In this document: positions 20,541 to 30,790 of the stretch, piece by piece
How the letters are laid out: each line of letters starts with the position of its first letter
Numbering within the stretch: the first letter of the stretch is position 1
Virus record (IMG/VR): IMGVR_UViG_3300027708_001828
Source of the DNA: an uncultured virus (IMG/VR IMGVR_UViG_3300027708_001828)
Lineage: Duplodnaviria > Heunggongvirae > Uroviricota > Caudoviricetes
Length of the DNA stretch: 64,000 nucleotides
Strand: one strand, 5' to 3'
Notes under the pieces: generated by a model
Databases searched by the model: none
Seen by the model: only the letters and a program-made list of their open reading frames with translations
What the model was told of the DNA's origin: nothing
Translations under genes and position numbers: made by a program

Positions 20541-20732
20541 ATGAGCACACAATATCAAAAATTCACATCATTAGTAGAATCAATGGAATCAGACTTTGAA
20601 AAGTTTTATGACAAGGGCGTAAGCGCCGCGGGCACACGAGTTCGCAAACACTTGCAAGAATTGGCCAAACTTTGCAAAGAAGGGCGCAATGACGTAACAG
20701 CAGTTAAGAACGCCAAGAAAGAAGTCAAGTAA
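20541..20732 (+). CDS. Hc1/histone H1-like small protein
   Basis: KFYDKGVSAAGTRVRKHLQEL resembles the Hc1 N-terminal domain. Confidence 0.6.
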   Translation: MSTQYQKFTSLVESMESDFEKFYDKGVSAAGTRVRKHLQELAKLCKEGRNDVTAVKNAKKEVK

Positions 20733-20740
20733 ATGCCAAC

Positions 20741-22072
20741 ATGACTATCACTGTTGTATCAATCCCTGCAACATTAACCGTTGATGTAAACAATGCGTTT
20801 ACCATGCAGGGTATTTTTAATTCAATATACAGCAGTCTTCCTCCGCCTACTGTGGTCAGCTCAACTGGCATAGTAGGCGGCATCACTAGTATAAATCCAA
20901 CAGAAGGCCCTTGGTCGGCCAGCATCTCCGGAATGTCATCCACAGCTGGATTGTCTATAGGTGATAGAATTACTGCCACTTCGGGCACTGGCACATTGTA
21001 TGGTGCCACTCCGGTAAGCTGTACTGTAGACAAGATAGGATCTAATAATACTATTGAGTATACTGTAGTTGGAGGCACAACACCAACATCTGGTACCATA
21101 ACAAATATTACCAAATATCAATACACAGTAACAGGTATCAGTTTGGCTATGATAGGCTTGCCTTGCAAAACTGAAGGTGTAATTGACAGCTATATGGACA
21201 TCAAGGATGCAGTGGCGCGATTGTACAATTACTGTATGAAAAGTTATTTGGAACCCATATGGAAAGTACTCAATGAACTGCTGAAGGCATTAGAAGCGGT
21301 AGTGGGCAGTTTGTTTTCCGTGGATCTCACAATACCGGTGTTGAATCTCACTATTAGCGATTTGTTCAGCGATAACTTGTACAATAAGTTGACTATCAGT
21401 ATCACAAACTTGTACAACAACGCAAGAGAAGATTTGCTTTCTTTGCTTAGGTTTTTAGGTATTCCGTTTCAACCGTTTTCGGGTGTTGATTCACCACAAA
21501 CAGATATTGCCAGTATTGTAAAAAATGCCATGGTCAGCCTGTGGGGACAATTGATTAAAAAACTGGCTGACATACTGCAAGCAATAAAAACCGGATTGAC
21601 TGCGTATGATATTTTAACAAATCCTGGATCATTTTATCGTCCATTAACTACTATTTGGGTTGATGTAACTGATGCAATTTTAGGAAAAATTTCATTATTC
21701 TTTTTAACAGGCGGTCCTAGTGTGCAAGAAATATTAAATGCCTTGGAGGACTTTGTAAAGTCTGCACTGAAGAAAACCACAGTAACAGCTCAAGAGATCT
21801 TGGACTATCTCACAGGATTCACACTGCCAGTGTTTGGCAAGCCATTTGATTGGGATTTGCCATTCCAGGGCGGTGTTCGATCTCCGCTGAAAGATCTCAA
21901 TCAACTGCTGGGCGATATCAAAAATTATTGTACAAACTACATAGCTCTAATACTGGCAGCATTTGTCAAGGCTATCAGTTCTATCTTAAGTGTATTTTCA
22001 CTCAGTGTGTCTTTTCCGGTGCTAAGTATTAATTATACCGCATGTGCAGTTGTGAACAACCCAGGAACCTAA
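20741..22072 (+). CDS. Hypothetical, probably structural protein
   Basis: 443-aa ORF. Confidence 0.65.
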   Translation: MTITVVSIPATLTVDVNNAFTMQGIFNSIYSSLPPPTVVSSTGIVGGITSINPTEGPWSASISGMSSTAGLSIGDRITATSGTGTLYGATPVSCTVDKIGSNNTIEYTVVGGTTPTSGTITNITKYQYTVTGISLAMIGLPCKTEGVIDSYMDIKDAVARLYNYCMKSYLEPIWKVLNELLKALEAVVGSLFSVDLTIPVLNLTISDLFSDNLYNKLTISITNLYNNAREDLLSLLRFLGIPFQPFSGVDSPQTDIASIVKNAMVSLWGQLIKKLADILQAIKTGLTAYDILTNPGSFYRPLTTIWVDVTDAILGKISLFFLTGGPSVQEILNALEDFVKSALKKTTVTAQEILDYLTGFTLPVFGKPFDWDLPFQGGVRSPLKDLNQLLGDIKNYCTNYIALILAAFVKAISSILSVFSLSVSFPVLSINYTACAVVNNPGT

Positions 22073-22459
22073 ATGGCCTATTCAGACAAAGTAATCGATC
22101 ACTATGAAAATCCTCGCAATGTAGGATCGTTTGATAAAAATGATCCCACAGTGGGCACTGGCATGGTGGGAGCACCTGCCTGTGGCGATGTAATGAAACT
22201 GCAAATCAAAGTAGACACAGATGGCATCATTACCGATGCTAGATTTAAAACATATGGTTGTGGCAGTGCCATTGCCAGCAGTTCACTTATCACGGAATTG
22301 GTCAAGGGTATGAGTTTGGATCAGGCAAGTTCAATCAAGAACAGTGATATTGCACAAGAGCTGGCTCTTCCTCCGGTCAAGATACATTGTAGTATTCTAG
22401 CAGAAGATGCTATCAAGGCAGCCGTAAATGATTACCGTAACCGAAATAGCTCAAGCTAA
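22073..22459 (+). CDS. iscU: Fe-S cluster scaffold IscU
   Basis: DHYENPRNVG, APACGD, GCGSAIAS, LPPVKIHCS. Confidence 0.97.
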   Translation: MAYSDKVIDHYENPRNVGSFDKNDPTVGTGMVGAPACGDVMKLQIKVDTDGIITDARFKTYGCGSAIASSSLITELVKGMSLDQASSIKNSDIAQELALPPVKIHCSILAEDAIKAAVNDYRNRNSSS

Positions 22460-22754
22460 GATCAAACTGAATTTGGCTAAGCGTGGGCGTGGCGTCGGCA
22501 TACGTATAGGTGTTAGAACCACAGGATGCAGTGGTTTGGCCTATACCATGGAATATGTGGACAAGTACGAAGCTGAAGTGGGTGTTACTAATTTTGGACA
22601 TAAAGATTTTGTATTATTGGTAGATGCCAAAAGTCTAGTTTACTTAGATGGGCTGACCATGGATTGGGTTCGCAATGGGCTCAATGAAGGATTTGATTTT
22701 GCCAATCCAAATGAAAAAGATCGTTGCGGATGCGGTGAGTCATTTAGAGTTTGA
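22428..22754 (+). CDS. iscA: Fe-S carrier IscA
   Basis: TTGCSG, CGCGESF. Confidence 0.95.
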   Translation: MITVTEIAQAKIKLNLAKRGRGVGIRIGVRTTGCSGLAYTMEYVDKYEAEVGVTNFGHKDFVLLVDAKSLVYLDGLTMDWVRNGLNEGFDFANPNEKDRCGCGESFRV

Positions 22755-22779
22755 CAAGTTCCAAAAGTGATGTTATAAT
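22751..22779 (+). promoter_or_regulatory. sigma70-type promoter
   Basis: TTGACA-17-TATAAT. Confidence 0.8.
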
Positions 22780-22816
22780 ACTTGTATTGTTATAACTTTT
22801 GGAGTCAAAATTGAGT

Positions 22817-23209
22817 ATGCACTTAGAAGGTCCGTGGCTATCAACCACAGGCAAGCAAAAAGGCCGCAAGAAATTTGCTTCAGCAGAGCATGCTCGCAAG
22901 GCACGCGAGCAAGAAGCCAGTTGGAAGGAATTGCTCAAACGGCAGGGAATCGAACTTGAAGAAAAGAAACGTCGACGTGCTATGGCCAGTGAAAGTTTAG
23001 GTAGCACTTACAGTTTGAAGATTCCAGAAGGCCGCAATACCACAGCACATATCCCCAGCAGAGACACTGGTGGCGGTGTAGCCACGTTGCCTCCGGCCAA
23101 AGTTTATACAGGAAACATGGTAAAAGGCATTGCGACCATGCATAAGAGCAACGCAGTACCAGTTTTTAGTGATGAACAAGCAGTTGACATTAGTCGCATG
23201 AGGCGTTAA
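22817..23209 (+). CDS. Basic hypothetical phage protein
   Basis: GIATMHKSNAVPV C-terminal motif. Confidence 0.7.
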   Translation: MHLEGPWLSTTGKQKGRKKFASAEHARKAREQEASWKELLKRQGIELEEKKRRRAMASESLGSTYSLKIPEGRNTTAHIPSRDTGGGVATLPPAKVYTGNMVKGIATMHKSNAVPVFSDEQAVDISRMRR

Positions 23210-23383
23210 ACTGTGACTAAGTATAAACATAGTGTTATTCCCCTGGTAACAGAGGATAACTATATATTGTCCCCGAAGGATTTTGGGACAAACAGCAGTA
23301 AGGCTAATTTTTACAGGAGAAATATACAGCCAATTTTTAATGATGGTACTAGCGATACCTCATCCAGCGTAAAGGAGAAAACA

Positions 23384-23914
23384 ATGATACGCATTATCAA
23401 AATAGTAATAAATGTGCTAGTCGTACTAGCCATTGCATCTGTAGCACAACAAGCAGTTTCAAGAAAGTTTGAACGTCTTGAACAGGCTCGCGAAACAGCA
23501 AGCCCAATTACAGCCAAAATGAGACAAACTCAATTAGATTGTCTGGCTCGTAACATATACCATGAAGCAGGCGGTGAACCTTTTGAAGGCAAAGTGGCCG
23601 TGGCTCAGGTAACAATCAACAGAACCGAAAGTGGTCAATTCCCTTCTGACATCTGTGGTGTAGTCTATCAAAAAAATGTAGTCTACGAACGTGTACTTTG
23701 CCAGTTCAGCTGGTATTGTCAAGGTCCCAGTGCCATGAAACCAATGAACGGGCCTATATATACTGAAAGTATGGAAGTAGCCAAAAAGGTGCTACTAGAA
23801 GGATTCCGCTTGCCGGATTTAAAGAAAGCTCTATACTTTCATGGGGATTATGTACAACCCGGTTGGGGCAAGAAACCAGTGGCCAAAATTGGCCGTCACA
23901 TTTTTTATGATTAA
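23384..23914 (+). CDS. Cell wall hydrolase, SleB/Hydrolase_2 family
   Basis: CLARNIYHEAGGE, VAQVTINR, CQFSW, IGRHIFY; N-terminal TM. Confidence 0.9.
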   Translation: MIRIIKIVINVLVVLAIASVAQQAVSRKFERLEQARETASPITAKMRQTQLDCLARNIYHEAGGEPFEGKVAVAQVTINRTESGQFPSDICGVVYQKNVVYERVLCQFSWYCQGPSAMKPMNGPIYTESMEVAKKVLLEGFRLPDLKKALYFHGDYVQPGWGKKPVAKIGRHIFYD

Positions 23915-23926
23915 TCAAGGATAATT

Positions 23927-24268
23927 ATGAACGCAATAGTTGAAAAAATCAAAACAGGAATCCACGATCTATTTGATTTGGATTTGTTAGTTAAAAATCT
24001 CAAAGAACACGCACCGCATGTGAGTGCAGAAACAATGGGGTGGGTAGCAGTTATTCTGCTACATTTGGCCACTATTCCCACGATGCTGGCAGTCCTAACA
24101 GGATTAACAGAGAAAATGCCACCGGTTGACATGGTTTTGTTCAGCTGGGCTGGGCTATTTTGCTTTTTTATCAAAGCCGCGATCCAAAAGGACTTTTTGA
24201 ACATTGTAACCATTGGATTCGGCTTCTTTTGCCAAGCCGCTGTACTAGCACTAATAGTGTTTAAGTAA
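23927..24268 (+). CDS. Small membrane protein
   Basis: 3 hydrophobic segments. Confidence 0.7.
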   Translation: MNAIVEKIKTGIHDLFDLDLLVKNLKEHAPHVSAETMGWVAVILLHLATIPTMLAVLTGLTEKMPPVDMVLFSWAGLFCFFIKAAIQKDFLNIVTIGFGFFCQAAVLALIVFK

Positions 24269-24307
24269 TCGACATGCTAAATATACTATATAACAAGGAG
24301 TATCCAA

Positions 24308-25012
24308 ATGGCTGGATCAGGATTTCAATTAGATAGTAATCAGTTAACACCAACTGCTTATCGTATCAGCATCAATACAAATACCAACTTTGCTACCACT
24401 GGAACAGCAGGCGGCGGCGTGAACCCTTACGATTGGGACAGTTCAAATTACACAAATGCTACAGCAATGTCAGCGGCGCAGGCACTGTTGCTGGCCCAGG
24501 GCAATGTGCGTTGGAACAACATTGTTCAACAATTGAGCACAGTTTCTGATTGCCGCATTTTGGATGTGGTCATCACTGGTGGCGGAAGCCCAGCTGGTAC
24601 AGATGCTACTTCAGCAAATACCGCAGTGGCATTTACTGTGGTGTTTGATCGTGCTTCTGTTATTGTTGGCAATTGGAATGCTTGGTTAAAAAGCCAAGGC
24701 GCAACAGCCAACGGTACATTCACCAATGCAGATGGTTCAACTGGTACAGCCTACAACAGTTTGAATGCGTCAGGTACAGTTGCTATCAACACTACAGCAC
24801 TGGCAGTTCAAGATATGATTGCCACTGCGCTGGTAGCAGGCGGAGCAAGCGCAGGATACACTAGAAACTTCCGCGTATACAGTCCTTCATCACTCGGTGA
24901 CTCACAAGTCAAAGTCACTGTTCTTCAACCATGCACCCCAGCACAAGCGTATACCGGCGTAGGTACCGCAACCTTAATTGACACTATTGGGCTGGTAGGC
25001 GTACCATTATAA
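24308..25012 (+). CDS. Probable virion structural protein
   Basis: A/T/G-rich; TAAATA and AGGAG upstream. Confidence 0.6.
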   Translation: MAGSGFQLDSNQLTPTAYRISINTNTNFATTGTAGGGVNPYDWDSSNYTNATAMSAAQALLLAQGNVRWNNIVQQLSTVSDCRILDVVITGGGSPAGTDATSANTAVAFTVVFDRASVIVGNWNAWLKSQGATANGTFTNADGSTGTAYNSLNASGTVAINTTALAVQDMIATALVAGGASAGYTRNFRVYSPSSLGDSQVKVTVLQPCTPAQAYTGVGTATLIDTIGLVGVPL

Positions 25013-25025
25013 TCGAAAGACAGGA

Positions 25026-26177
25026 ATGATATTAGCGTATCTACTACTACTAACAGGTTTAACAATATCGGCGGTCGCAATCTACTACTCAGTGGTAGGT
25101 TTGACCGCTATCTTTTCTGCCGCGGCCATACCCATTATTATCATGGGGTCAGCTCTTGAGGTAGGTAAACTGGTGTGTGCAAGTTGGCTCAAAGCCAATT
25201 GGGAACGTGCTCCACGTTTCATGAAGTACTACATGGTCATAGCAGTTGTAGTACTGATGCTGATTACGTCAATGGGCATATTCGGATTCCTTTCAAAAGC
25301 CCACAACGATCAAACCCTAGTCAGTGGAGACGTTGGCAGTAAGATCGCAATCTATGATGAAAAAATCAAAACCGAAAAAGAGAATATTGAAGCAAACCGT
25401 AAGGCACTTAAACAGATGGATGAGGGAGTGGACCAAGTACTGGGTCGCTCAACAGATGAAAAAGGTGCCGACAAAGCTGTGGCTATGCGTCGCTCCCAGC
25501 AGAAAGAACGTGTTAGACTTCAAGCTGAAATATCACAGTCGCAGAAGTCTATCGCGGAACTTAATGATGCCCGTGCGCCTATTGCCGCCGAGGTACGTAA
25601 AGTCGAAGCAGAAGTTGGGCCAATTAAGTATATCGCGGCGTTCATCTACGGCACAGCGCCAGACGAAACAATGCTGGAACGAGCAGTAACTTGGATCATT
25701 ATCCTTATTGTAGTTGTATTTGACCCATTGGCAGTTATCATGTTGTTAGCCGCACAGATGACATTTGGTTGGAAGAAAGAACAAGAACACGTACCGGAAG
25801 AAATACCAGTTGTATCGACACCAGCTGATGAAATATTGAAACAGGGTGTTACCAACAGTAGCCCTGCCGATAATATACCGTTGATCACAGAATACGAAGG
25901 CGTTATAGCGGCAGGAACTCCCGAAGTTTTAGACGACAAGCCTGCAGAAATTATTGAAGAAACAGAATTGGACAAATGGAACAAAATGGTGGAAGAAGCT
26001 GAACGAGCTATTGTAGAACCTGGTCCTAGTTTAGAAGAACGTTTGGCATCCGGCGAGTCCTATGTGGACAGTGAGGGCAACGAGAATCCAGTGTACTCGG
26101 AAGAAGACGGCTCAAAAAAAAAGACCTATATGATCAAGGACCCTACGGGGCAGATCCAAGTCAAGAACAGAGAATAG
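25026..26177 (+). CDS. Membrane-anchored coiled-coil protein
   Basis: 3 N-terminal TMs, coiled coil, 4th TM (VFDPLA). Confidence 0.75.
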   Translation: MILAYLLLLTGLTISAVAIYYSVVGLTAIFSAAAIPIIIMGSALEVGKLVCASWLKANWERAPRFMKYYMVIAVVVLMLITSMGIFGFLSKAHNDQTLVSGDVGSKIAIYDEKIKTEKENIEANRKALKQMDEGVDQVLGRSTDEKGADKAVAMRRSQQKERVRLQAEISQSQKSIAELNDARAPIAAEVRKVEAEVGPIKYIAAFIYGTAPDETMLERAVTWIIILIVVVFDPLAVIMLLAAQMTFGWKKEQEHVPEEIPVVSTPADEILKQGVTNSSPADNIPLITEYEGVIAAGTPEVLDDKPAEIIEETELDKWNKMVEEAERAIVEPGPSLEERLASGESYVDSEGNENPVYSEEDGSKKKTYMIKDPTGQIQVKNRE

Positions 26178-26452
26178 AGTATGTTCAAAATGAAGAACAA
26201 TCCACTGATACCATTTGGTCTAGACTTAGCGAAAGAATTGTACACAGGCCAGTAGATGAGCTATATAAAGCATACCATGAAGGAGCATTCAAAGATTTTA
26301 CAGTAGACGAGTCGGAGATTGAACTGTGTAATTTTGTCAAACAAACAATAGACACAGGGCCTAGATTCTATGACTATGCGGCAGAAAAAACAGCATATTT
26401 TGAAAAACGAATATATGAACTTAGGAAAAATAACTTTAATAACACCCCCTGA
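26120..26452 (+). CDS. -1 frame extension of 25026..26177
   Basis: 110 open codons with no ATG, beginning at A_AAA_AAG. Confidence 0.55.
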   Translation, partial: KDLYDQGPYGADPSQEQRIEYVQNEEQSTDTIWSRLSERIVHRPVDELYKAYHEGAFKDFTVDESEIELCNFVKQTIDTGPRFYDYAAEKTAYFEKRIYELRKNNFNNTP

Positions 26453-26831
26453 CAAATTGTTCAATAACAATTTGAGCTACCTTTTGGTCAAGCCCAGCAA
26501 CTTTGTCAAATCACAATTCCAAACCATACTGAGTCATGGTCTAGAAGATTTGAATGTGTTTATATTTGACAACGATGATACAGACATCAGTTGGCTGTTA
26601 AGTTCCAGCTATCAAGCTGATTGTATTATTATTGATGTAGACAACTGTGATCCCCAAACACACAAGTTTGTTACTCTATTGCTGATGCATCCCAATGCAT
26701 ACTATATGACCAAGGATGAAACAACTCCGTATCATCTTATCAGCCGTAATAGAATTTACGATCTAAATTGGATAATAGAAAAAATCAAAGCAGAAGAGGA
26801 AGAAGGCCCAGAAGATGAACCAGAAGAATAA
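26415..26831 (+). CDS. Hypothetical protein
   Basis: Start reassigned to MNLGKI. Confidence 0.7.
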   Translation: MNLGKITLITPPDKLFNNNLSYLLVKPSNFVKSQFQTILSHGLEDLNVFIFDNDDTDISWLLSSSYQADCIIIDVDNCDPQTHKFVTLLLMHPNAYYMTKDETTPYHLISRNRIYDLNWIIEKIKAEEEEGPEDEPEE

Positions 26832-27045
26832 AGGTACAGGTGTCACTGTCAAGGACGGAGAGAACATCAATCAGGCCTTGCGTAGATTCAAACGTAAGAT
26901 TGAGGATTCAGGGCTTTTGGAAGATTTACGGGCTAAAGAATTCTACGAAAAACCTACCACTGAACGCAAACGTAAAAAAGGTGCGGCCCAAGCACGTTGG
27001 AAAAAGAAGCTGAAAGATCAGCAATTACCCAAAAAAATGTATTGA
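26815..27045 (+). CDS. rpsU: Ribosomal protein bS21
   Basis: ALRRFKRK...[14 protein letters not shown]. Confidence 0.9.
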   Translation: MNQKNKGTGVTVKDGENINQALRRFKRKIEDSGLLEDLRAKEFYEKPTTERKRKKGAAQARWKKKLKDQQLPKKMY

Positions 27046-27070
27046 CACACTGATCTAAATCTGTTATAAT
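27042..27070 (+). promoter_or_regulatory. sigma70-type promoter
   Basis: TTGACA-17-TATAAT, 5 nt before ATG (leaderless). Confidence 0.8.
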
Positions 27071-27075
27071 AAGGT

Positions 27076-27657
27076 ATGCTTACTGACATTATGATAGATT
27101 TGGAGACTCTAAATACAACTCCAGACGCAACCATCCTAACTATAGGTGCTGTTAAATTTGATCCGTTTGGATTAGAATTAAAAGAACCTGCAATGAAAAG
27201 CTTCTACTGTAAAGTAGATGTTGATTCGTGTGATAGGATCGGTCTTACCACTAGCGATGACACAATAGAATGGTGGGCAAGTCAAAGCAAGGAAGCCCAA
27301 GAAGCGGCTTTTGATCCCGAAGGAAGAATTGATATTGAAGAAGCGTTTGCGCAACTGTATAAATTCTGTTGGGGCGCAAAACGTGTATGGTCAAACGGTT
27401 CATGTTTTGATATTGTGATCTGCGAACATGTGTTCCGTAAAATCAATCGAGCTTGCCCATGGAAGTTTTGGGAAGTACGTGATGTACGCACTGCTTTTGA
27501 TCTAGGCATCAATCCTCAGCGTCCTCCTATTACAGCTCACCATGCGCTAGAAGATGCATGGAATCAAGCAGTGGGTATTCAGAATGTCTACAATACTCTA
27601 CGCACTTCGACTACATATGAAGGTAAGATGCTACAACCGTTTATTAATCAGAGGTAA
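27076..27657 (+). CDS. DEDDh 3'-5' exonuclease
   Basis: MIDLETL, WSNGSCFD, HHALEDA. Confidence 0.85.
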   Translation: MLTDIMIDLETLNTTPDATILTIGAVKFDPFGLELKEPAMKSFYCKVDVDSCDRIGLTTSDDTIEWWASQSKEAQEAAFDPEGRIDIEEAFAQLYKFCWGAKRVWSNGSCFDIVICEHVFRKINRACPWKFWEVRDVRTAFDLGINPQRPPITAHHALEDAWNQAVGIQNVYNTLRTSTTYEGKMLQPFINQR

Positions 27658-27659
27658 AA

Positions 27660-27941
27660 ATGGACAGTCAAACTAAAGAAGTAATGGACATTCTACAAGA
27701 AGAATGTGCCGAGGTAATACAAGCGGTTAGTAAAATCAGCCGTTTTGGGCTCGATAATCTCAAGCCAGGAAAACCTAAAACCAACAGGGAACACTTGGAA
27801 GAAGAACTAGGCGATTTACAAGCAATGGTAGATATTCTACAAGAGCTTGACATTGTTAGCTTTGCCAACATTGAAAAAGCCGCAGAGGCTAAACGAGAAA
27901 AACTTAAAATTTGGTCAAATATTTTCAAGGAAAAAGTCTGA
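27660..27941 (+). CDS. MazG-like NTP pyrophosphohydrolase
   Basis: EECAEVIQ...EEELGD. Confidence 0.8.
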   Translation: MDSQTKEVMDILQEECAEVIQAVSKISRFGLDNLKPGKPKTNREHLEEELGDLQAMVDILQELDIVSFANIEKAAEAKREKLKIWSNIFKEKV

Positions 27942-28009
27942 CTGAGATAAATATTTACGTGCTAAAATGCCGTAAGGGTTTAAGTACACGGACATAGAGT
28001 CCAAATTTA

Positions 28010-28027
28010 CTTGCTTAATTAAAGGAG
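28010..28027 (+). promoter_or_regulatory. ROSE-like RNA thermometer hairpin (dnaK)
   Basis: CUUGCUU pairs with the AAGGAG SD. Confidence 0.5.
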
Positions 28028-28033
28028 AAAATT

Positions 28034-29947
28034 ATGAGCAAAATCATCGGTATCGATTTAGGTACAACAAATAGCTGTGTGGCAATCCTGGAAAACGGAG
28101 TTGCCAAAGTAATTGAAAACAGCGAAGGTGCGAGAACAACACCATCAATCATTGCATATACCAAGGACGAGATCCTAGTAGGTGCAACAGCAAAACGACA
28201 AGCAGTCACAAACCCAAAGAATACAATCTACGCCAGCAAGCGCCTTATTGGTCGCAAGTTTGACGAGAAAGAAGTACAAAAAGACATCGACTTGATGCCT
28301 TATTCAATTATCAAAGCTGACAACGGTGACGCTTGGATTGAAGCCAACGGCGAGAAACTTGCTCCACAGCAGGTGTCAGCTGAAGTGCTACGTAAAATGA
28401 AAAAGACAGCAGAAGACTATCTGGGTAAAGAAGTTACACAGGCAGTTATCACTGTGCCTGCTTACTTCAACGACAGCCAACGTCAAGCAACCAAAGACGC
28501 AGGACGTATCGCTGGACTAGAAGTTCTACGTATCATCAATGAGCCAACAGCGGCCGCATTGGCATATGGTGTAGACAAGCAAGACAAGAAAGATCGTAAG
28601 ATCGCTGTGTATGACTTGGGTGGTGGTACATTTGACATCTCCATTATTGAAATTGCCAACATTGACGGCGACAAGCAAATTGAAGTGTTGAGTACAAACG
28701 GTGACACATTCCTAGGTGGTGAAGACTTTGACCAAGTTCTTATGGATCATTTGGTAGCAGAGTTTAAGAAAGACAATGGTATTGACCTAAAGCAAGACGT
28801 GCTGGCTTTACAGCGTTTGAAAGAGTCTGCTGAAAAGGCCAAGATTGAATTGTCTAGTGCCGCAAGTACAACTGTTAACTTGCCATACATCACAGCAGAT
28901 GCCAGTGGTCCAAAGCACATGAATGTGACTATCAGCCGTGCCAAGTTTGAGCAAATGGTTGAGAAACTGATCGAGCGTTCAATTGAGCCATGTAAGATTG
29001 CTATGAATGATGCCAAAGTTACAGCCGTAGATATCGACGAAGTTATCCTAGTTGGCGGCCAAACACGTATGCCCAAAGTGCAAGAAGCAGTTGAGAAACT
29101 GTTTGGCAAGGCACCACGCAAAGATGTCAACCCAGACGAAGCAGTGGCCGCAGGTGCCGCAGTACAAGGCGCTGTTCTAGCAGGCGACAAGACAGACGTG
29201 CTGTTGTTGGACGTGACTCCATTGACATTGGGTATTGAAACAATGGGCGGAGTGTTTACCAAGCTGATCAGCAAAAATACAACTATACCAACCAAACACT
29301 CACAAACATTCTCAACAGCAGAAGACAATCAACCAGCTGTGACAATCAAAGTTGCACAGGGCGAGCGTGAGTTGTTTAAGTATAATAAGATGCTAGGTGA
29401 GTTCAATCTAGAGGGTATTGACCCTGCACCACGCGGTATGCCACAGATTGAAGTCACACTAGATTTAGATGCAAACGGTATCTTGAATGTAAGTGCCAAA
29501 AATAAAACCACTGGCAAAGAAAACAAGATAACTATCAAGTCTGATTCCGGACTAACTGAAGCTGAAATCCAACGTATGGTTCGTGAAGCTGAAGAAAATG
29601 CCGAATCAGACAAGAAGGCAGCAGAATTGATCGGAGCACGTAATCAAGCTGAAGGTACTACACACAGTATCAAGAAAGACTATGAAACGTATAAAGATCA
29701 ATTGACTGAGGAAGAAAGAACCAAATTTGACGAAGCAGTAAAAGCAGTGGAAACTGCTTGTGCTGGTGAAGACAAAGAGGCGATTGACAAATCAGTACAG
29801 ACTTTCTTTGAAGCCGCTGGTCCGGTTATGACTAAAAAACAAGCCGCTGAATCAACGACAGACGAAACCCCAGCTCAAAGCCAATCAGCTCAAGAGCAAA
29901 CGGTTGATGCTAGCTTCACAGAAGTTGACAAAGAAGAAAAGAAGTAA
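28034..29947 (+). CDS. dnaK: Chaperone DnaK (Hsp70)
   Basis: [17 protein letters not shown], full length. Confidence 0.98.
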   Translation: MSKIIGIDLGTTNSCVAILENGVAKVIENSEGARTTPSIIAYTKDEILVGATAKRQAVTNPKNTIYASKRLIGRKFDEKEVQKDIDLMPYSIIKADNGDAWIEANGEKLAPQQVSAEVLRKMKKTAEDYLGKEVTQAVITVPAYFNDSQRQATKDAGRIAGLEVLRIINEPTAAALAYGVDKQDKKDRKIAVYDLGGGTFDISIIEIANIDGDKQIEVLSTNGDTFLGGEDFDQVLMDHLVAEFKKDNGIDLKQDVLALQRLKESAEKAKIELSSAASTTVNLPYITADASGPKHMNVTISRAKFEQMVEKLIERSIEPCKIAMNDAKVTAVDIDEVILVGGQTRMPKVQEAVEKLFGKAPRKDVNPDEAVAAGAAVQGAVLAGDKTDVLLLDVTPLTLGIETMGGVFTKLISKNTTIPTKHSQTFSTAEDNQPAVTIKVAQGERELFKYNKMLGEFNLEGIDPAPRGMPQIEVTLDLDANGILNVSAKNKTTGKENKITIKSDSGLTEAEIQRMVREAEENAESDKKAAELIGARNQAEGTTHSIKKDYETYKDQLTEEERTKFDEAVKAVETACAGEDKEAIDKSVQTFFEAAGPVMTKKQAAESTTDETPAQSQSAQEQTVDASFTEVDKEEKK

Positions 29948-29958
29948 TATAATGTAAT

Positions 29959-30005
29959 TGTAGGACGCCTTCGGGGTCCTACACATTCTTGCTTAATATA
30001 AGGAG
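29959..30005 (+). promoter_or_regulatory. ROSE-like leader (hsp20)
   Basis: 5' hairpin, then CUUGCUU-loop-AAGGAG. Confidence 0.55.
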
Positions 30006-30012
30006 ATTAAAA

Positions 30013-30444
30013 ATGGCAACAATGCAATTAAAAGCGGTGAGTCCAGCAGACTTCGCCAATCTAAGTAGAGCCTTAATTGGCTTTGATCAAATCTTTAACC
30101 AAAGATTGCAACAAGCAAACAGTAACTATCCTCCACACAACATTGTGAAGTATAGTGACAGTGAATATGCTATTGAAGTAGCAGTGGCAGGTTTCAGCAA
30201 AGAAGAAATCACAGTAGAAGTTGACCAGGATCAATTGATTGTTCGTGGTGTTCAGGGTGAAGTAGTAACCGAAGGTAAGGAATACTTACATCGCGGACTA
30301 GCTAGCCGAAACTTCGAACAGACATGGACACTGGCTGAATACATGGAAGTTAAAGATGCCGAAGTCAAAGACGGTATGTTGGTCATTCAAATTGACCGCA
30401 TCATGCCAGAAGCACTGAAGCCTCGACAAATTGTAATTAAATAA
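30013..30444 (+). CDS. Small heat-shock protein (IbpA/Hsp20)
   Basis: NYPPHNI, AVAGF, YLHRGLA, DGML. Confidence 0.93.
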   Translation: MATMQLKAVSPADFANLSRALIGFDQIFNQRLQQANSNYPPHNIVKYSDSEYAIEVAVAGFSKEEITVEVDQDQLIVRGVQGEVVTEGKEYLHRGLASRNFEQTWTLAEYMEVKDAEVKDGMLVIQIDRIMPEALKPRQIVIK

Positions 30445-30487
30445 TCAACGGGGGAGGAAACTCCCCCTCTTAATAGAAAGAGCTAGA

Positions 30488-30790
30488 ATGTCAAATACAG
30501 ATGTAATGATCGATGAGAAGATCAAGATACGTGCTACCGAACCCCGACGTTGGAAAGTCATCTTGTTAAATGACGATTCTACTCCTATGGAGTTTGTTAT
30601 TGTTCTACTAGTAGATATATTCAAGCATACAGTTGACAGTGCCAAAGATGTCATGCTCCAAGTACACGAAACTGGCTCCGGCGTAGCTGGAATCTATAGT
30701 TTTGAAATAGCAGAAGCCAAAGCAGTTGAAGCTACCAATCAAAGTAGACAAGACGGCCATCCTCTGCAGATAAAGCTGGAGGAAGAATGA
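30488..30790 (+). CDS. clpS: Clp protease adaptor ClpS
   Basis: VILLNDDSTPMEFV, VHETG, HPL. Confidence 0.92.
   Translation: MSNTDVMIDEKIKIRATEPRRWKVILLNDDSTPMEFVIVLLVDIFKHTVDSAKDVMLQVHETGSGVAGIYSFEIAEAKAVEATNQSRQDGHPLQIKLEEE

Noticed and set aside
23213..23383. N-terminal extension of the SleB-like hydrolase
   Set aside because: A strong AAGGAG RBS supports ATG 23384; the upstream part looks like a leader with hairpins that I could not assign.
28034..30790. Bacterial chromosome or host contamination (dnaK, clpS, iscU)
   Set aside because: These genes are embedded among fibre, late-promoter and phage hypothetical genes, and lack their usual operon partners (dnaJ, grpE, clpA, iscS).
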